Positions 29,397 to 38,707 of a stretch of 64,000 nucleotides of DNA are shown here, in pieces. Numbering within the stretch: position 1 is the stretch's first letter; each line of letters opens with the position of its first letter. The position numbers and the translations under genes are program-made. Under the pieces are notes generated by a model. That model did no database searches. It had not been told where the DNA came from and worked only from the letters and a program-made list of their open reading frames with translations. This DNA comes from an uncultured Chloroflexia bacterium (GTDB lineage Bacteria > Chloroflexota > UBA6077 > JACCZL01), in contig CAVXYC010000028.1 of assembly GCA_963765765.1 (NCBI GenBank), forward strand, positions 96,001 to 160,000, written 5' to 3'.

Positions 29397-30919
29397 ACGA
29401 CCGTCTGCTCTGTGGACGTGAGCGCTCTAGACAGCTCGGCCACGGGCACGAGCCGTTCTTCCCGCTGCTCCATGTCTCGCAGTAGCACCATCGCATCAGC
29501 GCGCTCCCGAGCGCCTATCAAGACGAGGTGACGCACACCCGCGCGGTCGGCGTGTCGCAAATTGCCACGCACGCCTCGATACCGCAGATCCAGCTCAACG
29601 CGGTGCCCCTGTTCTCTGAGTGTCTGCGAGATCCTGATTGCATCTGGAGTGTCCTCCTGCTCGATCGGGGCCACCAGGATGGTTTCGACATTCGCGCTCG
29701 ATGGAGCGCCGCGCTCCTGTTCCAGCGCCAGCTCAACTCGTTCCAGGCCGAAGGAAAAGCCACATGCTGGCACCTGCGCTCTCCCGCCCAGCGCGCGCAC
29801 CAGACCGTCATAGCGCCCACCCCCGCAGAGTTGAACGGGTCCGCGCGGTCCATCGTGATACATCTCGAAGACGAGCCCGGTGTAGTAGCGCAATCCACGG
29901 GCGAGGCTGAGGTCCACAACGATGTTATGGCCGCTGTAACCATACGCATCGAACACGTCCAGCACACGCTCCACCTCGTCAAGCGGCGTCGAATGAAGGC
30001 CGTGTTCCTTAAAGATGGCGCGCGTCGCGGGAAGCGCGGACTCCAACGGACCCGCGGCGCGATGCAGCGCCAGTACACACTCCATGGCGCGATCCACCTG
30101 GTCTATCAACTTCCGACGCTCACCCTTACGCAGGAGCCGCTGCACGATCTCTTCCGGGGTGCGAGTGCTTCCCTCGAGACCGAAACTGGCACGCTCCAGC
30201 AGGTCAATGGTCATCCGGGTGGCGTCGCCCGGCCCCAGCTCATCCAACAAGGTGCTCGGGCTGGCGCCGTCCGGTTCACCAGAAGGCGCTCCCAGTAGAT
30301 CGAGCATGCGCTCTCGAACAGCACCGCGGTCGGCGGACCGATGGATAAGCATCTCCATATGACCCAGAATCACCGACTGGGCATGCTCTTCCAACCCAAG
30401 CTGTTGAAGTGATTCCAGCACCGCGCCAAGGTGACCAACCACTATACGATGCCCGGTGAGACCGATGCGCTCTAACGCGCCGCAAGCAATCGCCAGCACC
30501 TCAGCATCTGCATCGGGGGCGGGTCCACCGACACATTCCAAACCCACTTCGGTGAACTGGCGGTATCGCCCCCGCTGAGGCTTCTCGTATCGAAATGTCG
30601 GCCCAGCGTAGTACAGCCGCGTTGGTAACGGCTGGTCCTGGAGGTGGTTGACGTAGGCACGCATCACGGATGCGGTGAACTCGGGACGCAAGCACAACCG
30701 CCGGTTCCAGTGGGTGAACGTGTACATCCGAGCGGCTATCTCTTCGCCCGACTTACGAAGGAAGAGATCGAGATTCTCGAGTACCGGTGTGCTGATGGGT
30801 CGATACCCGTATGACTCGAAGTGTTGGAGGAGCTCCGACTGGAGCGAATCGAGCCGCGCGGCGCGGTCCGGCAGCAGGTCTAACGTGCCGCGCACGCGCT
30901 GAATCTCAGATATCTCCAT
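29393..30919 (-). CDS. Histidyl-tRNA synthetase-like protein (HisS or HisZ)
   Basis: LRPEFTAS, FRYEKPQRGRYRQF, RGLRYYTG, GGRYDGL, C-terminal anticodon-binding-like domain; first gene of the his operon. Confidence 0.85.
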   Translation of the reverse strand: MEISEIQRVRGTLDLLPDRAARLDSLQSELLQHFESYGYRPISTPVLENLDLFLRKSGEEIAARMYTFTHWNRRLCLRPEFTASVMRAYVNHLQDQPLPTRLYYAGPTFRYEKPQRGRYRQFTEVGLECVGGPAPDADAEVLAIACGALERIGLTGHRIVVGHLGAVLESLQQLGLEEHAQSVILGHMEMLIHRSADRGAVRERMLDLLGAPSGEPDGASPSTLLDELGPGDATRMTIDLLERASFGLEGSTRTPEEIVQRLLRKGERRKLIDQVDRAMECVLALHRAAGPLESALPATRAIFKEHGLHSTPLDEVERVLDVFDAYGYSGHNIVVDLSLARGLRYYTGLVFEMYHDGPRGPVQLCGGGRYDGLVRALGGRAQVPACGFSFGLERVELALEQERGAPSSANVETILVAPIEQEDTPDAIRISQTLREQGHRVELDLRYRGVRGNLRHADRAGVRHLVLIGARERADAMVLLRDMEQREERLVPVAELSRALTSTEQTVV

Positions 30920-31135
30920 CCGTCCGGCGGCCACCCTCTCACGAAAAACGCTTTCGGATTCTAACATGGCCCGATTGACGCTCTGAGAGGCGCAAGCGTC
31001 CTCGTCCCCTAACAGAGAGCTGGGGCGCGGGTGGAGCGGATGGGGTCTACTGGCAACCCGCACCTCAACCATCTGCCGGGGCGAGGGAGCTAATTCCGGG
31101 GCGCCAGCGACGATAACCTTGAGCACAATTCAGAT

Positions 31136-31981
31136 TTGCTGCACACTCCGCGCATGAGAATCGATGAGTCTTCGCCGCGGATCTATCTGATCATCATGCT
31201 GCTCGCCGTGCTTCTCATCGGCGCGTCCCTCAGCTATGTACTGGTCGGAGCTTGCAGGACTCGTACGCGCACTGGCCTCACCGTAGTGCAGGCGCTGCGG
31301 AGCGTCTGGGCCGCGGGGCTTACAACGCTCTTCCCATCGCGCTGCGTAGGCTGCGGGAGAAGGGATAGCGATCTCTGTTCCGAATGTCGATCTGGACTGG
31401 AGCGGCTACCAGAACGTCGATGCCCACACTGCGCGGCGCCTCCCGGTCGATTAGGAGTCTGCGAGCGATGCCGTACACACCGCATCCACCTGGACTCAGT
31501 ACGAGTGGATCTCGTGTTCGATGGTCCGTTGCGGAACGCGATTCACACGCTGAAATACAAACAGGGCACTTACCTCGTACCCGTGCTGCGGGATCTATGT
31601 CTTCAGACGGTTCAGGCTAGACCGCTCAAACCGGATGCGCTCGTTCCGGTACCCATTGGCCCACGGCGGCTTAGGGAGCGGGGTTACAACCAAGCAGAGC
31701 TCCTGGCCGAAGCTATCGGAAAAGTCATGAATGTGCCGATAATGCCGGTGCTGGAGCGCATTAAAGAAGGCCCATCACAGACTCAGCTCAATGTCGCCCA
31801 GCGACGCGCAAACGTGCGTGACGCGTTCCGGGTGCGCGCAGATCTGAACCCAGATGGCCTTCGATTGCTTGTAATCGATGACGTCATGACGACTGGCGCT
31901 ACACTCGATGCGTGTGCTCGCATGCTCAAGAGCTCCGGCGCTGCGAAGGTCTTTGGGATGACTATTGCCCGGGAGGTCTGA
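31136..31981 (+). CDS. comF: ComF family protein (double Zn ribbon plus PRTase); true start may be near 31286
   Basis: FPSRCVGC...CSEC...CPHC...CERC, RGYNQA, VIDDVMTTGATL. Confidence 0.88.
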   Translation: MLHTPRMRIDESSPRIYLIIMLLAVLLIGASLSYVLVGACRTRTRTGLTVVQALRSVWAAGLTTLFPSRCVGCGRRDSDLCSECRSGLERLPERRCPHCAAPPGRLGVCERCRTHRIHLDSVRVDLVFDGPLRNAIHTLKYKQGTYLVPVLRDLCLQTVQARPLKPDALVPVPIGPRRLRERGYNQAELLAEAIGKVMNVPIMPVLERIKEGPSQTQLNVAQRRANVRDAFRVRADLNPDGLRLLVIDDVMTTGATLDACARMLKSSGAAKVFGMTIAREV

Positions 31982-32026
31982 TACGCCGCCCCTCTGTTTG
32001 CCACATCGATTTAGGACTCGACCCTG

Positions 32027-32665
32027 ATGAGCATCTCCACGGTGATGGTGGACGCAGTCGATGCGCGTCGCGCACGGTTGTTCGAGCTTGTCGGCGATCA
32101 TCCCGACTTCCGTGTTGTCGGTGAAGCGCGGACCGTGCGCGAAGCCGTCGTGGTTCTGTCGCGCCTCCAGCCAGACTTGATAATCGCCGTCAGCGACACG
32201 CTTGAAGTGGATAGCTGCCCAGGTCCAATGAGCCTCCTGCAAGCCACGGAACATTCCACTTTTATATTCATCGGCGACTGTCCGGTGCCGACCTTCAAGT
32301 ATCTGACCACCAACGTCTTCCTGTTGGACCTTGCCGAATTGAATTCTGCTGTCCCGGGACTGCTCCAACACATCCGTCTGCGCAGTGGAAGCTCGGGCCA
32401 GATTGCGGCCAGGGTTCTGGCCCGAGCGCGATCGTATCGCGCCGCGGGTAGATCAATGCCTTCGCCACGGCAGATGGACGTTCTTCGGTATCTCGCGGAC
32501 GGGCACTCACATCGAGCGATCGCCGATGCCCTCGGTATCTCTCAAGCCACGGTAGATCGGCACGTCGCGGATCTCTACGTGAAGCTGGACGTAGCGTCCC
32601 GCGAACAGGCCATAGCCCGAGCTGCAGAGCTAGCCTGGCTACCGCCGAGGGGGCAGCTAGGCTAG
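32027..32665 (+). CDS. NarL/LuxR-type regulator with a degenerate receiver domain
   Basis: VVGEA...PDLII; HTH SPRQMDVLRYLADG...IADALGISQATVDRHV...KL. Confidence 0.8.
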   Translation: MSISTVMVDAVDARRARLFELVGDHPDFRVVGEARTVREAVVVLSRLQPDLIIAVSDTLEVDSCPGPMSLLQATEHSTFIFIGDCPVPTFKYLTTNVFLLDLAELNSAVPGLLQHIRLRSGSSGQIAARVLARARSYRAAGRSMPSPRQMDVLRYLADGHSHRAIADALGISQATVDRHVADLYVKLDVASREQAIARAAELAWLPPRGQLG

Positions 32666-33002
32666 TTCTAGTCCTTGGCATGGCGCTCGATGGCCGGATC
32701 TGGCGCATATCCGAGACTTCCCCAGAACTCGGGCGCTCCCGGCTCAACTTTGGAGGCCACAATCGTGATGTGCTCTGCCCCGAGGTGGCGCAAGGCAATC
32801 TGCACCGATTGCACCAGCGCGCGAGGTCAGGATCACCGCCTTCCACATTCGCATACCAGCCCGCGCGCGACACACATGTCGCGCGTCCCGGGACAACGGT
32901 AATCCCCGACTGCAGAGGTGCGTCGCCGAGATTCGTACCGCCGGCGAGCTGAAACGCCTCGCCGGGTTGCGGACAATGCGGTCGGGCAGAGGGGAGTTCA
33001 GA

Positions 33003-34055
33003 GTGACGACAGTGATGCGAGTGAGCGATGTTGGCGATCTGGTCCAGGAATGGGTCAACGAGCACGGCCAGCATCTTCCCGGATTCCGCGGAGCGTATCT
33101 TTTCGGTAGCCTCGCGACGATGCCGGACGAGGCCATGTTCGCTACGTATCGCGACGTCGATCTCATTGTGGTGCTCGACTCGGGGACCAAGCAGACTGAC
33201 GACAACCTCGAAATGCCCTACAAAGGCCTCATGCTCGAGGTCGGCTTCATCGGCCTCGACGAGCACCGGGATGCAGAGGCCATTCTCGCTCGGCCGGATC
33301 GCGCCGGGAATCTGGCGCGTACCCGGATTCTCGCCGATCCGATCGGATTCCTCGCGCCGCTCCAACGGGAGGTTGCCCGGCGATATGCCGAGCGGCGGTG
33401 GGTGGAGGCACGCTGCGAAGCCGAGAAGCGAGATGCCCGGAAAGCCCTGGAATCCATGGGCGAGGCGCCCGCCCCGTATCCGCGTTTGTTCGCGCTCGTC
33501 GGCACGATCTTGGGACTGGCCGGGTTGCTGGCCGTGGCCCGCCTCGAGATGCCCACAAGCCGACGCGCGCTCAGCGGGATGCAAAGCGCGCTAGAGTCGG
33601 AAGGACGGCCTGACCTGTACGCCGGGATGCTGGACGTCTGCGGCGTCGCCGACCTCACGTTGCGGGAGGTCCAGGGCTACCACGCCGAGATGCTGCGGGC
33701 GTTCGATCGTGCCGTCGAAGTCAGGCGCACATTTGTCCCGTATAGCTTCAAGGTGCAACCGCATCTTCGCCCGTATGTCGATGAGGCGATCGCCGAGCTG
33801 ATCACCGAGGGACACCATCGTGAGGCCGCGTTCTACCTCACGCTCCCGTACAGCACGGTTAACGCGATTCTCCAGAACGACGCTTCAGAGCAGGAGAAGC
33901 TGGCCTACCAGGTCGGCTTCGACGGCCTCCTAGACGCACTGGACTTGAACCGCCCACGCGACTGGGACGGTCGGCTGCGGCAAGCCCGCACGCTCTTCGC
34001 CGAGTTGACGCGGCTGGCAGATGCCTGCGCGTCCCGGACCAGCGAAAGTCTGTGA
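33003..34055 (+). CDS. Hypothetical protein with an N-terminal pol-beta-type nucleotidyltransferase motif
   Basis: GAYLFGS...DVDLIVV; long ORF with GC3 bias; GGGGAG RBS before the GTG. Confidence 0.7.
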   Translation: MTTVMRVSDVGDLVQEWVNEHGQHLPGFRGAYLFGSLATMPDEAMFATYRDVDLIVVLDSGTKQTDDNLEMPYKGLMLEVGFIGLDEHRDAEAILARPDRAGNLARTRILADPIGFLAPLQREVARRYAERRWVEARCEAEKRDARKALESMGEAPAPYPRLFALVGTILGLAGLLAVARLEMPTSRRALSGMQSALESEGRPDLYAGMLDVCGVADLTLREVQGYHAEMLRAFDRAVEVRRTFVPYSFKVQPHLRPYVDEAIAELITEGHHREAAFYLTLPYSTVNAILQNDASEQEKLAYQVGFDGLLDALDLNRPRDWDGRLRQARTLFAELTRLADACASRTSESL

Positions 34056-34136
34056 GACGATCGGTTCACCCGAGAAAGTATTCCTCTACATCCGATAAGC
34101 GTCACCGATGAGTGGAGGTGTCGAATGTCCGAGTGC

Positions 34137-35099
34137 TCACGCTACTGAGCGAGCCGCCTGCTTTAACAGTCTCGCTTCACGCTTGACTCGCTCCCCCTCC
34201 TGGAGCGTAAACCAGAGGTAGAACGCGAAGTAGCTGCGCCAGCCGGCCCACGAGTCAGCAATCGTGCGGACTTCGGCTTCGCTGGCCAATCGGCCCATGC
34301 CGTACCGCTGACCCACAATGCGGCGAAGACCGCCATCACCAGCGGGAATGACGTCAGGATGACCGATCCCACGCATGAGCACGTATTCGGCCGTCCACCG
34401 GCCGATTCCGGTGAGCAGCTCCAATCGGTCTAGCGCCGCCTGGGCTGGGATGGTGAAAAGCGCGTCGAGATCGAGTCGCCCTTCGACGATCTCATATGCC
34501 AGATTGAGAATGTAGCGCGATTTCTGTCGGCTGAACTGAATCTCAGAAAGCTCGGCTTCAGTGATATCGATCACGCGCTCCGGTGTCGGGAAAAGCATCC
34601 ATGACTCTCCGTCGATCTTGAACGATGTTCCGAAGCGCTCAACGAAGGCCCGCTTGCACTTGGCGGCGAAGATGACGTTGATCTGCTGGCCGATGATGGC
34701 CCAGGTGATCGTCTCAAAGATGTCGGGCAATAGCACTGGACGAACACCGCGGAAGCGCGTCAGCAGCTCCTGTCCAAACTCGTCCTTACGAGGTAGTGAG
34801 TCGAGCAGTGGACTGACGTCAACCGCAGTGGCGAAGACTCGCTGCACGATTGGTCGCATCATGCCTTCCGCGTCCCTTGGAAGCGACTCGCCCTGCAACG
34901 TTACGTACAGATCGGTTGGATTTGCCTCTGTGGATTCCACGCTCATGAGCGCTGGCTTCCCCTCGAGTGCAATGGGACGATGGTACGAGCGCTCGCCGAG
35001 TCGCTCGACGATTCGAGCAGGGGATCCGCGAAGATACCTCAGAGCAAGGTCAAATGAGAATGGTTGAGTTGTCGGGACGGTGAATGAAACAGAGGGCAT
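34137..35099 (-). CDS. alkA: DNA-3-methyladenine glycosylase II (AlkA family)
   Basis: AIIGQQI, FPTPE, HhH LTGIGRWTAEYVLMRG, DVIPAGDGG, WRSY. Confidence 0.92.
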   Translation of the reverse strand: MPSVSFTVPTTQPFSFDLALRYLRGSPARIVERLGERSYHRPIALEGKPALMSVESTEANPTDLYVTLQGESLPRDAEGMMRPIVQRVFATAVDVSPLLDSLPRKDEFGQELLTRFRGVRPVLLPDIFETITWAIIGQQINVIFAAKCKRAFVERFGTSFKIDGESWMLFPTPERVIDITEAELSEIQFSRQKSRYILNLAYEIVEGRLDLDALFTIPAQAALDRLELLTGIGRWTAEYVLMRGIGHPDVIPAGDGGLRRIVGQRYGMGRLASEAEVRTIADSWAGWRSYFAFYLWFTLQEGERVKREARLLKQAARSVA

Positions 35100-35100
35100 A

Positions 35101-35820
35101 TCAGGCAGGACGACAGAGTTTACACGCGCGGTATCCCGCGGCCACAGCCGCGGCAGGCGTCGGAAAGGTCACCTCATTCCCACGCTTGACGCGCTTCCCG
35201 GCGTAGCAGAACGGCAGACAGAAGATACGCGTTGAGATACAGGCGTTGAAGCGCATTCCCTGCCTTGCGTTTCGAGCAAGCTGGTCCACGTCTACACCCT
35301 CGTGGGCCAGTATTTCTCGCTTCTTCTCCACTCCGCCCGCACCGTAGTTCACCAACGTGTAGTCAGTACGGACGGCACGATGGCATGGCACCAGCACCGG
35401 AATCGGATTGGTTGCCATGGCATCGCCCACTGCCCGCGCGGCGAGAGGGGCGCCGATTGCTCTGGCAATCCAGGAGTAGGAGCGAATCTCCCCACGGCGC
35501 ACTGCCATGACTTCGCGGAGCGCCTTTTGCTGGAGAGGCGAGACTGTGCTGAGATCGACCGCGCCTCTGAACCGTCCTTTGCCATTCAAGAAGTCTTTGA
35601 CGGATCGAGAAAGCGGAGCTGGCACGTCGTCCGATTGGGTCGGCCGTTGTCCCAGGAAACCTTCACATTTCTCTTCGAAGACTTCGTACTCGACGTCGAG
35701 GTCCGAAAATCGGACCGTTCGCCCTGAATACGCGACCCAGAGACGTCCATAAGTCGAATCAAAGGGTGTGTAATTGAGGCAATCGTAGGATCGCGAGGCG
35801 CGTTTACTTCGAGCTGTCAT
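35101..35820 (-). CDS. Methylated-DNA-protein-cysteine methyltransferase with a C-terminal Ada Zn-binding domain
   Basis: SYSWIA...ARAVG...NPIPVLVPCHR; C-terminal IFCLPFC...GYRACKLCRP. Confidence 0.9.
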   Translation of the reverse strand: MTARSKRASRSYDCLNYTPFDSTYGRLWVAYSGRTVRFSDLDVEYEVFEEKCEGFLGQRPTQSDDVPAPLSRSVKDFLNGKGRFRGAVDLSTVSPLQQKALREVMAVRRGEIRSYSWIARAIGAPLAARAVGDAMATNPIPVLVPCHRAVRTDYTLVNYGAGGVEKKREILAHEGVDVDQLARNARQGMRFNACISTRIFCLPFCYAGKRVKRGNEVTFPTPAAAVAAGYRACKLCRPA

Positions 35821-35884
35821 CGGAATCCCCCAAAGCAACTTGTATCGCCCTCCGCCGGCCATCCGTAGAGCTCCGGCACTCTCC

Positions 35885-36784
35885 CTACACCGCCACCGCC
35901 AGAGGTCGGCAGTGTTTACACGGCCGATATCCGGCGGCGCTCGCGGCGCGCTCGTTTTCAAACGGAACTTGATGATTGGCCTGGATTCGACGCGCATCTC
36001 GGCAGGTTGGATAGCAATAGATATGCGTCGTATCGCTTCCAAGGTATCTGACGCGACGATGCGCCAGCTCGTCAATGGCATCGGGGGAGGCACCTTCTCG
36101 CTGGAGCAGTGCGCGCTTGACGCCGCTGCCATAGGCGTAGTTTCCGACCCCGCCAGTAGAGGGGACAACACGATGGCAGGGCAGGATCAGCGGTACGGGA
36201 TTGCGATTCATGATATTTCCCACGGCCCGCACCGCGCGCGGACTGCCTGCTTCAGCGGCTAGCCACGCGTACGGCCTGACTTCTCCCACAGGAATCGTCC
36301 TCATTTTCTCTAACACCGATCGCTCAAACATTGGCAAGCCATCGAGGTCCACGGGCACGTCCTTTGACCAGCGTCCCTCAGCGGCTTCCTTCACGGCATG
36401 GCCGAGCCTGGGCGGCACATCGGCCAGCGTGGCTTCGCGTCCGAGCCGGCGTCGGTATGCTGCCTGCGCATCCATTGGCTGGGCCGGCAGGAGCGAGACA
36501 AATGTCAAACCTCGCTCGTTGAAACCTACCCACACCTGGCCCAACACAGTTTCAACGGCACCGATCCGATCGCCCAGCGCGGTGATCACCGCACGACAGA
36601 TTGAGGCCGGAGCTGACGAAACATGCTTCAAGAGCGAGCCCGACATGCGCTTCAGCTCATCAAGCTCCGCACGACAGCTCTGGCAGCTAGCGATGTGATG
36701 CTCGATTGCGTGCTGCTCACTGGTAGTCAGCTCAGATGTCCGGAAAGCATCGAGCAATACGGCGATCTGTTCACACTTCAACAC
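35885..36784 (-). CDS. zf-HC2 anti-sigma domain + O6-alkylguanine methyltransferase + Ada Zn-binding domain fusion
   Basis: N-terminal CEQIAVLL...HIASCQSC; middle RAVG...NPVPLILPCHRVV; C-terminal IYCYPTC...GYRPCKHCRP; start overlaps the sigma stop. Confidence 0.9.
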   Translation of the reverse strand: MLKCEQIAVLLDAFRTSELTTSEQHAIEHHIASCQSCRAELDELKRMSGSLLKHVSSAPASICRAVITALGDRIGAVETVLGQVWVGFNERGLTFVSLLPAQPMDAQAAYRRRLGREATLADVPPRLGHAVKEAAEGRWSKDVPVDLDGLPMFERSVLEKMRTIPVGEVRPYAWLAAEAGSPRAVRAVGNIMNRNPVPLILPCHRVVPSTGGVGNYAYGSGVKRALLQREGASPDAIDELAHRRVRYLGSDTTHIYCYPTCRDARRIQANHQVPFENERAASAAGYRPCKHCRPLAVAV

Positions 36785-37334
36785 TCTCGTCCTCCGAACA
36801 AAGCTGTCTCAAACTGGCGAGCGCTCGAAACACCTTCCCGCGGGCAGCCGCCTCGGTTCCACCCTTCACCGCGGCGATCTCCGCATAAGTGAGATCGTGA
36901 ACAAAGCGCAGCTCTAGCCACTCACGAACGGACCAATCCAACCGTTCAAGTCCACGATGCAACTTCTCATCCCCCGCATCCAGCTCTGGTCCTCCATATG
37001 TCGACGGGTCAGCGATTTGATGGCCATCATCGAGAAGATCAGTGATTGGTCGGCTCTTACGGGCCCGCAGGCGGTTGAGCGCGAGGTTTCGGGCGATTCT
37101 CAGAAGCCACGGGCGAACCTGCAACGTCTCAACTTGCTCATCTGTGTACTGCGTACGAACCGCTCGAACGGCTCGAATGAAGGTGTCTTGAGCCACCTCC
37201 TCGGCATCGCGGGAGTCACGAACCATCGAGAGCGCATAGGAATAGATCCCGTTCTGATGGGACACCACCAGTTCTTCGATAGCCCGTTCATCTCCGCGAT
37301 GAACGCCGATGAGCAGGTCTTCTACTACTGTCAT
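36771..37334 (-). CDS. ECF sigma-70 factor
   Basis: Region 2 DAEEVAQDTFI...WLLRIARNLALN; region 4 LTYAEIA...GKVFRALASLR. Confidence 0.92.
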   Translation of the reverse strand: MTVVEDLLIGVHRGDERAIEELVVSHQNGIYSYALSMVRDSRDAEEVAQDTFIRAVRAVRTQYTDEQVETLQVRPWLLRIARNLALNRLRARKSRPITDLLDDGHQIADPSTYGGPELDAGDEKLHRGLERLDWSVREWLELRFVHDLTYAEIAAVKGGTEAAARGKVFRALASLRQLCSEDESVEV

Positions 37335-37438
37335 CGTCGCCAAGCTCACTCCCGTTGCGCGGTCTGCTACGCTCAATAAACACTTAGACATGGCCCCGCG
37401 TTCGTGGCACCAGTCATGGGCGAGCGGCGGAGCACATT

Positions 37439-38023
37439 GTGAGCGATGAAATAGCCGGCGTGCCTATTCTCAATATCATCGGCGCGTCCGTGGCACTGGG
37501 TCCGCTGCGCAGGGATTTACTACCGCACTACGAGCGATGGATGAACGACTTTGAGGTCACCAAGACCCTCAGCGTCGGCTGGCTGGCGATGACTTCCGAG
37601 AGTGAGTCCGCCTGGTATGAGCACGCTTCCCGGGCGTCCGACCAGGTCAGCTTCACGGTCTACGAGCGGCCATCGCTTCGCCCCATCGGCAATGCCGGAC
37701 TTACCGAGATCGACTTCCGCCACGGCACGGCCGAATTCGGAATCATGATTGGTGAGAAGGACTCCTGGGGAAAGGGCTACGGGACGGAAGTGACGCGACT
37801 CGTTGTGGACTACGCGTTCTCGGGGCTGGGCTTACACAACGTCATGCTCCGCTGCTACGCGACAAATGAGGCTGGTATCCGAGCCTATACCAAGGCGGGC
37901 TTCAAGCTAATCGGACGGCGGCGCGAGTCTCGCCGCCGTGGCGGTGGCTACGTCGACACCATCCTCATGGATTGCCTGGCATCAGATATTGAGCCAACGC
38001 TACTCAGGAACATGCTCGATTAA
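37439..38023 (+). CDS. GNAT N-acetyltransferase (RimJ/RimL/SpeG-like)
   Basis: AEFGIMIGEK...WGKGYG, N..GIRAYTKAGF. Confidence 0.88.
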   Translation: MSDEIAGVPILNIIGASVALGPLRRDLLPHYERWMNDFEVTKTLSVGWLAMTSESESAWYEHASRASDQVSFTVYERPSLRPIGNAGLTEIDFRHGTAEFGIMIGEKDSWGKGYGTEVTRLVVDYAFSGLGLHNVMLRCYATNEAGIRAYTKAGFKLIGRRRESRRRGGGYVDTILMDCLASDIEPTLLRNMLD

Positions 38024-38707
38024 CGGCACATAGGCCGGCATTTGAGAGCCAGTCGCTTCCTGAATGCTGGCCTCGTATCCCTTGGCCACAACCGCGAGGT
38101 CAGGGAGTCTGGTTAGCGCTCGCACGCCAGCTCGAGCCCACAGCGCGTGCCTGGACGAGCGCCCAGCTCCGGTCGATAGCATGAGCCCGATGTCCCGTCA
38201 GGATTGCGATGCGAAGTCAGTCCTCAAAAAAGATCGGGCGACTAGATTTAACACGCGGACTCTCGGCCGACCACACGCCGATCGCGCTGACACTCAGTAC
38301 ACGAGAACGCAGCTGGATTTGCGGAGCTCGACGCATGTTAAGGATGAGCGACTGTCCGTTGGTGAAGTTTGTCGTAGCCACATTGAGCTGCACCGAAGCA
38401 GCCTGAGTAGACACGGGTGCATCCAGGCGGGTGGCTCGTGCCTCCTCGGCACGGCCAGCTTGTGAGTCCATGGATAATAGAGATGCAGTATGGCGCTCAC
38501 GACCAGAGCTGTTTGGATGAGAGTGCGGCCATATGCCGAAGTCCAGTGCCCTTTTGAAGTGGTTGAACCGGGCTTTCACGTCGCGCTCCGATAACCACGA
38601 TCGGCTCGCGGTCAGACGAGACAACGAGCGCTCAGAGCGGCGCGGGATGGGATTGTCTACTTCGCATCCGGATAGACAAGCCAGCACGCACCATCACAAC
38701 AGGAGCA

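Noticed and set aside
30920-31126. N-terminal extension of the HisS-like ORF, and a his attenuator leader
   Set aside because: Homology begins at ATG 30919; no His-codon-rich leader peptide or T-box recognised
32295-33584. 429-aa minus-strand ORF
   Set aside because: Overlaps two better-supported plus-strand genes; Arg/Pro-rich with no motifs
35821-36171. N-terminal extension of the second MGMT in the ORF track (356 aa)
   Set aside because: Overlaps the upstream fusion gene in another frame; the ATG at 35820 fits the domain start
37380-37410. Autoregulatory ECF promoter (GAAC...GTTT) upstream of the sigma gene
   Set aside because: Weak match and uncertain spacing; needs an alignment of orthologous upstream regions
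38030-38700. Gene or pseudogene in the GNAT-AKR gap
   Set aside because: Several short ORFs but none with recognisable motifs or a clear RBS; cannot support a call
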